DNA from: Schaalia odontolytica | GTDB taxonomy: Bacteria; Actinomycetota; Actinomycetes; Actinomycetales; Actinomycetaceae | Length of the DNA: 32,000 nt | Direction of reading: 5' to 3' | NCBI RefSeq assembly: GCF_005696695.1 | Contig: NZ_CP040006.1 | Coordinates: 660,001 to 692,000, forward strand | Shown here: positions 26,405-32,000 of the stretch, one piece after another | Position numbering within the stretch: the stretch's first letter is position 1 | Layout: each line of letters starts with the position of its first letter | Position numbers and translations under genes: made by a program | The notes under the pieces: generated by a model | Databases searched by the model: none | The model's input: only the letters and a program-made list of their open reading frames with translations | Told to the model about the DNA's origin: nothing

Positions 26405-26426
26405 GAGCGGAGATCCTCATGCACGT

Positions 26427-26524
26427 GGATAGGTTGTGTTGTTACGGATAGGTTGTCCGTATCCGGATAGGTTATTTGCCTATCCGCACCGCGATAACCT
26501 GTCCACGCAGCGATAACCTATCCG
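26427..26524. repeat. Phased array of six GGATAGGTT-type sites (3 direct, 3 inverted)
   Basis: Direct copies start at 26427, 26446 and 26465, exactly 19 bp apart. Inverted copies are tgCCTATCC (26477), AACCTGTCC (26496) and AACCTATCC (26516), 19-20 bp apart. Confidence 0.8.
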
Positions 26525-26671
26525 CATATTCTCGTCACGGGCGTCGTTGTCTAAGCGGCATGCGGTGGTCGTCCTCTGGCGGACGTGGGGCAAGACGCTA
26601 CCCAGGTGTGGGCGGGTTTAGTGAGAGTGGGTGGAGCTGCCGGTCACTGTAGGCGAGGTGGCCCGGTTGTC

Positions 26672-26780
26672 TGAAACCGCTATCGCCTTTGCTTGCGTGT
26701 GCCTGTGTGGGGTTGGAACCGCTATCGCCTTTGCGGGCACCGGCCGAGCCTCAACTGAAACCGCTATCGCCTTTGCGGGC
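26672..26780. repeat. Three direct 21-25-bp repeats TG(A/G)AACCGCTATCGCCTTTGC(GGGC) at exact 42-bp spacing
   Basis: Copies start at 26672, 26714 and 26756. A partial inverted piece, CGGTTTCA, lies at 26827-26834. Confidence 0.8.
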
Positions 26781-26873
26781 GAGAAAAGGGCGTTTTTGGT
26801 GCAGTTTCTGGGAGCAGAGGTGACGCCGGTTTCAGCGATCCCTTGTTGGGGGTGCGCAGTGGTGTTGTTGGTT

Positions 26874-27200
26874 TCAACGTCGCCACGTTGTCGCGCCTCG
26901 ATAAGTTCTGCGGAGTGGCGTCATCGTTTTGTGTCCTTCGGGTTGGTTATACGCTGAGTTGGAGTGGGGTGTCCTCCACGGGTGTGGGTTGGGGAAGATA
27001 CCGAGGGAGTCGGTGCGTCGGCGGATTTCGCGGTTAAGGCGCTCGCGCGGGGCGTTGTAGCAAATCTGGGTCCATACCCCGGTAGGGAAGGACGCGAACG
27101 CGAGGACGTCTGCCCTGGCTTGATCGAGGTGATCACACACGGCGGGGAGCTTGTCGTGGACGTAGTCCATGAGCCGGTTGGGCTGGCAAGGCAGGTGCTG
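26874..27200 (-). pseudogene. IS256-family (mutator-type) transposase C-terminal fragment
   Basis: The translation ...NRLMDYVHDKLPAVCDHLDQARADVLAFASFPTGVWTQI.YNAPRERLNREIRRRTDSLGIFPN matches the conserved IS256 C-terminal block (LLAF..FP...W..I.S.N..ERLN.EI.RR). Only about 70-100 of roughly 400 aa are present. Similarity degrades after GIFPN, with a possible frameshifted QNDD trace. Confidence 0.65.
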
Positions 27201-27207
27201 CTAGCCG

Positions 27208-27447
27208 TCCGACTGGAGGGTGGCGCGAGGCCTGCTGGGTGGAGGTGGCTGCGGTGCCGGTGGGCGGTGGCAGGGCCGGTGGGTAAGAGGCCGCCCGACT
27301 GGAGGGCGGCGCGAGGCCTGCCGGGCCTGGCCGGGCTTCGAGACGACGCGCCGAGCGAAGCTCGCAGCGCGGGCGGGCAGGCCTCGCGCCGTGCGGAGGT
27401 CTGGCGGCGGGAGGCCGCACGGAGGTCTGGCGGCGGGAGGAGGCGGG
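27208..27447. repeat. GC-rich structured repeat, copy B (expanded), directly downstream of the glycosyltransferase stop
   Basis: Shares both blocks with copy A, separated here by about 100 bp that duplicates CCGACTGGAGGGYGGCGCGAGGCCTGC (27208 and 27294). GGCGCGAGGCCTGC at 27222 and 27308 can pair with GCAGGCCTCGCGCC at 27377. Tandem 26-bp CGGAGGTCTGGCGGCGGGAGG units at 27394 and 27420. Confidence 0.8.
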
Positions 27448-27451
27448 GAAG

Positions 27452-28651
27452 TTAGCGCGCCACGGCCTCGTCGATGACGGAGGCGACCTCTTGGGCCACG
27501 GACTGCCACGTGAAATGCTCGCGCACGCGCGCGCCCACAGCCGCCGCGCAGGACGCGCGACGCACGGGGTCGGTGACGGCCTCGCGCAGGGCGGGGACGA
27601 GCGCATCCGTGAGCTCGGCGGACGTGCGTCCGTCTACGATCCATCCGAGTGCGGGAGAGGTGATGACCTCTTCAGTGCCGCCGCGAGGTGTCGCCACGAT
27701 CGCGCAGTCGCCCAGGGCCGCCTCGAGGATCGAGGTGGGCAGGCCCTCGGGGTACATGGACGGGTAGACGAACACGTCGGAGCGGCGGTATAGGCTCATG
27801 ACGGCGGGGAAGTCGAGCTTGCCCAGGAAGGACACGGCGGGGTCGCCTCCGTAGCGCTCGTGTAGCTCGTTCTCGATGGGACCAGAGCCGGCGACGGCGA
27901 GGCGCAGAGGTACGTCGGGGAGTTCGGCGCGCAGGCGCGCAAACGCGTCCAGGAGCGCGACGATGCCCTTCTCAGCGATGAGGCGGCCGGCGTAGGAGAT
28001 GACGATTTCGGAGTCGGCACCGCCGCGCGGCCACTCGCGCTCGTAGCGGTCGTCAGCGACGGCCGTATCCTCTGGGGTGACCGCGTTGTACCACACGCCC
28101 GAGGCCTCGATCCCGAAGTGGCGTAGCCACTTGTTGCAGTTGCGCGATACTCCGTAGTAGGAGGTCACGTGCTTCTTGACGAAGTGGGTGAGGCCGTGCT
28201 CGTAAATGCCTCCGAAGAAGTCCAGCACTGGGTTGCCGACGCTCATGTGCGCGGTGCCGTGCTCGATGAGCGCGACGGGGCGGCCCAGGCGATGTGCGAG
28301 GCGTGCGCCGAGCAGGCTGGTGAGGTGGAAGCGCGTGTTGACGATGTAGAAGTCGGCGTTCTCGGCCTCCACCGCGGCCATCGTCTCCTTGAAGCGCTCG
28401 TCGCGCTTGAAGAAGGGGTAGCGCTGCTTGAAGAGGCCCTTGGTGGGCAGTCGGTAGATGCGCAGGCCGTCCTTGTCCTCGAAACGAGGCAGGGACTCGT
28501 CGTGCAGGGACGTGACGATGAACAGGTCGTAGCCCAGGGCGCGCAGCTGCTCGCTGAGACGATCCTGGTAGCGCTCGATCCCGCCCAGGTAGGGCAGGAA
28601 GAACTCCATGAAGATGCCGACCTTGACGCGGGAGTGGGGGCGATCAGTCAT
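27452..28651 (-). CDS. GT4-family (GT-B, Glycos_transf_1) glycosyltransferase
   Basis: N-terminus KVGIFMEFFLPYLGGIERY and C-terminal E-x7-E region PEGLPTSILEAALGDCAIV. Start at ATG 28651, overlapping the flippase stop (AATGACTGA). The ORF-track start at 28741 is a Ser-rich extension inside the flippase gene. Confidence 0.85.
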   Translation of the reverse strand: MTDRPHSRVKVGIFMEFFLPYLGGIERYQDRLSEQLRALGYDLFIVTSLHDESLPRFEDKDGLRIYRLPTKGLFKQRYPFFKRDERFKETMAAVEAENADFYIVNTRFHLTSLLGARLAHRLGRPVALIEHGTAHMSVGNPVLDFFGGIYEHGLTHFVKKHVTSYYGVSRNCNKWLRHFGIEASGVWYNAVTPEDTAVADDRYEREWPRGGADSEIVISYAGRLIAEKGIVALLDAFARLRAELPDVPLRLAVAGSGPIENELHERYGGDPAVSFLGKLDFPAVMSLYRRSDVFVYPSMYPEGLPTSILEAALGDCAIVATPRGGTEEVITSPALGWIVDGRTSAELTDALVPALREAVTDPVRRASCAAAVGARVREHFTWQSVAQEVASVIDEAVAR

Positions 28652-29993
28652 TGACGGGCTCCGTTTTGTTGGTCGCGCGAGGGACGGGGATGAGCATGAA
28701 GACGACGAAGAGGATTGCGAGCAGCCCCATGGTGGCAGCATAAGCGAGCGAGGCGCCCATCATGGCGTGGGACTTCGTGAGCATCGGTGCGATCAGGTAG
28801 GCCGTCCCGCCAGCCACCGCGTAGGCGACCAGGACCGCGCGCAGTCGGCGCATCGTCGCGAGCGCGTAGTAGAGGATGACGCCGGCGGCGTTGAGTGCGC
28901 CCGCAAGGACGAGCACCATGAGCTCACCGACGTAGCCCGACACGTCCGTGCCGAATACGAGGGTGAGGAGCGGAGCGCCGATCACGTAGGTAACCGCGGC
29001 GACGACGACGAACGCTGCTGCGGTCGTCAGCAGGCCCTTGCGCACGATCGACAGGAACTCCTCACGCTTGCCCTCCGCCCACCGCAGCGCCATGCGGGTC
29101 AGGAGGGGGCGGAATACGAACAGCGACAGCATGTTGATCGCGACCGCCGGCATGTAGATGATCGCGAAGACGCCCAGCTCTTCGTCGCCGAGGCTCGCGT
29201 GGATAGCAAAACGCGGCGCGTTCGCCAGGTACTGGTTGAGGAACGCGGCGATGAACAGGGGCAGGCACTCCCACAGGATCCCGGTGATGCCTCGAAGATT
29301 GAGGGAGGGCAGTAGTGAGAACACGCCGCGCGCGGGCAACCCGTAGGCCACCACGAGCACCACGCAGGTGACCACGAAGGTAATGATCGTGGATACGAGG
29401 AGGTCCTGGGTGTACCAGTAGAGTCCCGACCACAGGAACGTTGTCGTGAAAATGCGCGCGAAGCAGGCCTTGCCCGCGATGTCGAGGCGACCCGAGCGCT
29501 GGAACTCCGAGTAATACACGTCCTCGAAGGCGTCGAAGATGCGCAGGAGAGCCATCGCTGCGATGACCGTGAATGCGGGGTAGGGGTCTTTTGTCGACGC
29601 GGTCCACGAGTGGTAGGCGATGAGGCCGACCATGACCAGGCAGGTCAGCAGGCGTGTCGACAGGTAGGTGCCGAAGTCGAAGCGGCGACGCACGTCCGTC
29701 ACGTGGAAGGTGCGCACCTCGTACAGGCCAACGGTCTGGTACTGCTGGCCGATCGCCAGCGCGAGGGTGAATAGGCCGTACTGGGCGCGCGCGAAGGAAT
29801 CTGTGGCACCCGAGCGCATGATCGCCACGCCCATGATGACGACGGCGAGGCTCGACATGAGGGAGGCCGCCGTGTTCCACAGGTAGTCGCGCCCGAGTTG
29901 GCCGCGCGACTCGAGGGCCTCCTCTGTGGCGTCGACCTGCGCGTCGCCGGAGTCGGGCGGCATGGACGAGGCCGTGGTGTCCTTCTCGCTCAC
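28644..29993 (-). CDS. MOP/Wzx-type polysaccharide or teichoic-acid flippase
   Basis: 449 aa, about 12-14 TM, composition typical of a polysaccharide-biosynthesis-protein family member. GTG start overlaps the LicD stop (GTGA); ATG 29963 is an alternative start. Confidence 0.7.
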   Translation of the reverse strand: MSEKDTTASSMPPDSGDAQVDATEEALESRGQLGRDYLWNTAASLMSSLAVVIMGVAIMRSGATDSFARAQYGLFTLALAIGQQYQTVGLYEVRTFHVTDVRRRFDFGTYLSTRLLTCLVMVGLIAYHSWTASTKDPYPAFTVIAAMALLRIFDAFEDVYYSEFQRSGRLDIAGKACFARIFTTTFLWSGLYWYTQDLLVSTIITFVVTCVVLVVAYGLPARGVFSLLPSLNLRGITGILWECLPLFIAAFLNQYLANAPRFAIHASLGDEELGVFAIIYMPAVAINMLSLFVFRPLLTRMALRWAEGKREEFLSIVRKGLLTTAAAFVVVAAVTYVIGAPLLTLVFGTDVSGYVGELMVLVLAGALNAAGVILYYALATMRRLRAVLVAYAVAGGTAYLIAPMLTKSHAMMGASLAYAATMGLLAILFVVFMLIPVPRATNKTEPVND

Positions 29994-30889
29994 GCGCCGG
30001 CCTCCTCGGGGGCCTCGGGCCCCGGATCGTTGGGTCCAAAGACGATGTGGAAGGGCTCGTGGGTGACCCGATCCTGGGGATCTGGAATGCGCATGTAATC
30101 CCCGTAGCCGCGCGTGAGCACGACGTCGTAAGCGGCCGGGATGCGCACCGTGATGTCCTCGAAGGGAACGGAGCGGGCCGGGAAGAGCTCGGCCTCGGAG
30201 GCGCTCCAGCGGCGAGGATCGCGCGTCGAAAAATCACCGAAGAGGATTGAGTCGTCGGCTGCCTTCTGCGGATTCTCACGACCCTTGAGGGCGGCGCGCA
30301 GCCAGCGACGGTACAGCGAGGCCTCGTTGACGCGCAGCGCCCGCATGCCCCAGTGGGCGCAGGCCATCGCCGCGGAGGCCAGCTGGCGCGCGGGCGTGGG
30401 CAGACCCGTCGGCGGGTTGGGGATGGAGCGCAGGAACATGAGGCGCGCCCATAGCCAGGTGCCGCGCGACTGGGCGCGGAAGCGGCCGGGGTCGTCCGCG
30501 ATCTCATCCAGGACGAACAGATCCACGCCGATCGGCATGCGGAACGAGCGGTCCTTCGCGACCTTCGAGACGAACTCCGAGCCCTTCAGGCCCAGGACGC
30601 CGAAGCTGATCGGGTAGTCGGGGTGAGTGGCGGGGGAAGCGATGAAGAACTCGTCCCTGAGGAGGGCGGGAGCCTCGGCGATGAAACGTTCGTAATCCGC
30701 CCGGGGCATGCACACGTCCCCGTCGTCGTCCCACGGGATGAAACCCTGGTGGCGCACAGCCCCGATCGCAGTGCCGCCGTAGGCGACGTAACGAATATCC
30801 AGGAGTGTGCAGACGCGATCGATTTCGGCCAGGCATCGCTTGGTGACGCGCTGAATGGCTGCCAGGGTTGCGGGCTCTGCTGCGCTCAT
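29990..30889 (-). CDS. licD: LicD-family phosphotransferase (phosphocholine/phospho-alditol transferase family)
   Basis: YGGTAIGAVRHQGFIPWDDDGDVCMPRADYERF is the LicD nucleotidyltransferase-fold signature. GGAGAA RBS. Confidence 0.85.
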   Translation of the reverse strand: MSAAEPATLAAIQRVTKRCLAEIDRVCTLLDIRYVAYGGTAIGAVRHQGFIPWDDDGDVCMPRADYERFIAEAPALLRDEFFIASPATHPDYPISFGVLGLKGSEFVSKVAKDRSFRMPIGVDLFVLDEIADDPGRFRAQSRGTWLWARLMFLRSIPNPPTGLPTPARQLASAAMACAHWGMRALRVNEASLYRRWLRAALKGRENPQKAADDSILFGDFSTRDPRRWSASEAELFPARSVPFEDITVRIPAAYDVVLTRGYGDYMRIPDPQDRVTHEPFHIVFGPNDPGPEAPEEAGA

Positions 30890-30920
30890 CAGTTCTCCGA
30901 TCGTTTCAGGGCCGTGGGGC

Positions 30921-31778
30921 TTACAGGCTGTCGGCGTAGGGGCCGAAGTCGATGACGGCGGCCTCGTGGTTGTAACGCTGCTCCGGGGGAGGCAGCTGCA
31001 TGTAGTCGCCGTATCCGCGGCGCAGCAGGGCGTCGTATTCGTTCTGGATCATCACCGTGATGTCCTCGAAAGGAACGTCGCGGGTGGGGAAGAACTCCTC
31101 CTCGCGCACGATCCAGTTCTGCGGGTCGCGCATCGTGAAGTCGGCGTACACGCCCGTGCCCGTGCCCTCGTATCGGCGAACCGCGCGCTCCCACCGAGCC
31201 TGCAGGCTCGCCGGCGTCGCGCGTACCGCCTTCAGGCCGAGGTGCGCGAGGGTCGTCGCCGAGAAAATCAGGGCCTTCTTCCAGGTGGGAGTGTTGATCA
31301 GGTGGGGCCGAGGCGTGCCCTGGAGGAACAGCAGGCGACCCCACAGCCACGACTGGCGCGACATCTCCTGGAAGGCCTTCTCGTCGGCCGGAATCTCATC
31401 GAGGGGCAGGATGTCCAGGAAGAAGGGCATCCGGTACTTCGAGTCCTTGTCCGCCTCGGGGATCAACAGGGTTCCCGGCATGACCATCTTCGTGAACATG
31501 AAGGGGAAATCGTCGCGCGTGCGCGTGTTATCCAGGCGGAAACGCTCATCGAGCAGGGCGGGAGCCTCGGCCAGGAAGCGCTCGTAGTCGGCGCGCGTCA
31601 TCATCACGTCGATGTCGTCATCCCACGGAATAAAGCCGCCGTGGCGGATCGCGCCGATCGCGGTGCCGCCGTAGATCGCGTAGGACACCCCGATGTGTCG
31701 GCACACCCGGTCCAGCTCGGCCAGGATCAGCGTCAGGAGCTTCTGGACCTTACGCAGGTCGGTCTCGGGTGTCGTCAT
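30921..31778 (-). CDS. licD: LicD-family phosphotransferase, tandem paralog
   Basis: YGGTAIGAIRHGGFIPWDDDIDVMMTRADYERF. Start at ATG 31778 after GGAGG; the ORF-track start at 31838 runs through the upstream terminator hairpin. Confidence 0.85.
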   Translation of the reverse strand: MTTPETDLRKVQKLLTLILAELDRVCRHIGVSYAIYGGTAIGAIRHGGFIPWDDDIDVMMTRADYERFLAEAPALLDERFRLDNTRTRDDFPFMFTKMVMPGTLLIPEADKDSKYRMPFFLDILPLDEIPADEKAFQEMSRQSWLWGRLLFLQGTPRPHLINTPTWKKALIFSATTLAHLGLKAVRATPASLQARWERAVRRYEGTGTGVYADFTMRDPQNWIVREEEFFPTRDVPFEDITVMIQNEYDALLRRGYGDYMQLPPPEQRYNHEAAVIDFGPYADSL

Positions 31779-31799
31779 CAGTCCTCCGAATATGACAAA

Positions 31800-31827
31800 G
31801 CGGGTGAGCACACGTGCGCTCACCCGC
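31800..31827 (-). terminator. Hairpin between the DMT gene and the first licD
   Basis: GCGGGTGAGC / GCTCACCCGC, 10-bp perfect stem around ACACGTGC. On the minus strand it is followed by CTTTGTCATA. Confidence 0.45.
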
Positions 31828-31840
31828 CATTGTCTCACGG

Positions 31841-32000
31841 CTACTGGCCGCTGACCTTCTCCGCGCGCCTGGGAAGCAGGTCACCCCACGAGGGGGTGGC
31901 CGCCAGGACCGTGCCCACGAGGATCACGACGCAGCACACCACCTGGGTGGCCGTGGGCACCGTGCCCTGCAGGACGAGAGCGAAGATGATCGCCCAGGCC
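31841..32000 (-). CDS. C-terminal end of a DMT/EamA-like transporter (possibly LicB-like); the gene continues beyond the window
   Basis: My manual translation of the minus strand gives AWAIIFALVLQGTVPTATQVVCCVVILVGTVLAATPSWGDLLPRRAEKVSGQ*, which resembles the last EamA helix pair. Not in the ORF track because it is truncated by the window edge. Confidence 0.45.
   Translation of the reverse strand, partial: AWAIIFALVLQGTVPTATQVVCCVVILVGTVLAATPSWGDLLPRRAEKVSGQ

Noticed and set aside
26422-26508. DnaA-box-like words (CCTATCCACG read on the minus strand of 26422-26431, and CTGTCCACG at 26500-26508), suggesting a replication origin.
   Set aside because: Only two sites match 7 of 9 positions, and the other four repeat copies lack the CCAC core. 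There is no dnaA/dnaN or rep gene nearby and no AT-rich unwinding element of convincing length. It is kept only as part of the generic protein-binding-array finding.
26672-26780. Possible mini-CRISPR array (regularly spaced direct repeats).
   Set aside because: There are only three repeats of 21-25 bp with 17-21-bp spacers (42-bp period), well below normal CRISPR repeat and spacer lengths. There are no cas genes or leader in the window.
26631-26957. 108-aa ORF with a repeated ETAIAFAG peptide motif.
   Set aside because: The peptide repeat is simply the translation of the 42-bp-phased DNA repeats. The ORF has no RBS, its composition does not resemble the genuine genes here, and it runs into the IS256 remnant on the opposite strand.
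26219-27414. A pair of near-identical GC-rich blocks as a diversity-generating-retroelement TR/VR pair or a retron.
   Set aside because: No reverse transcriptase gene is nearby. The differences between copies are not adenine-specific (a C/T mismatch, a CA/TG dinucleotide change and a one-base G-run indel). Neither copy lies in a credible target gene.
26106-27606. ORFs running through the GC-rich repeats (26106-26420 minus, 26110-26355 plus, 26207-26470 plus, 26964-27455 plus, 27133-27606 minus, 27201-27644 minus), which encode Pro/Arg/Gly/Ala-rich peptides.
   Set aside because: They are open in several frames and on both strands simultaneously, which is what a stop-poor GC-rich repeat produces. 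They lack RBSs, and some overlap the glycosyltransferase gene. The plus-strand MDKVVTLSVILMLVG... start has AT-rich, atypical codon usage and overlaps a perfect inverted repeat.

Overview
This is a high-GC actinobacterial chromosomal segment. The gene content loosely suggests Actinomycetaceae, but I cannot verify that. All protein calls are by-eye motif recognition; no database search was possible.

Layout:
- 1-3060: tail of a CUT1 ABC sugar-uptake operon (two permeases) translationally coupled to a GH29 alpha-L-fucosidase.
- 3106-3846: TauE/SafE-type anion exporter.
- 4023-25607: a roughly 21.5-kb inositol-catabolism supercluster in two divergent arms.
  - Minus arm: iolE, iolT, a Gfo/Idh/MocA oxidoreductase, a LacI-type regulator, an IdhA-type inositol dehydrogenase, a transaldolase-family protein and a GntR/HutC regulator.
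  - Plus arm: iolC-iolB-iolD, iolA, then a TIM-barrel isomerase/dehydratase-like gene, a Bacillus-type iolG, iolH, a second iolT, a divergent third sugar-porter paralog and a Zn-dependent dehydrogenase.
- 25711-27450: a poorly coding junction with a small two-TM protein, an IS256-family transposase remnant, two phased short-repeat arrays and two copies of a GC-rich structured repeat.
- 27452-32000: a minus-strand cell-envelope glycopolymer module. In transcription order it is a partial DMT transporter, LicD, LicD, a MOP/Wzx-type flippase and a GT4 glycosyltransferase.

Most notable points:
- A 14-bp palindrome, TTTGTy-NN-rACAAA, recurs in 7 promoter regions across the iol cluster. It is probably the operator of the GntR-type regulator.
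- No class-II IolJ aldolase is present in the window. A transaldolase-fold gene lies in the operon instead, and its catalytic Glu position appears to be Gln.
- The repeat-rich junction is unexplained.

I found no tRNA, rRNA, CRISPR array or recognisable defence system. Most of the long ORFs in the six-frame track are antisense shadows typical of high-GC DNA.
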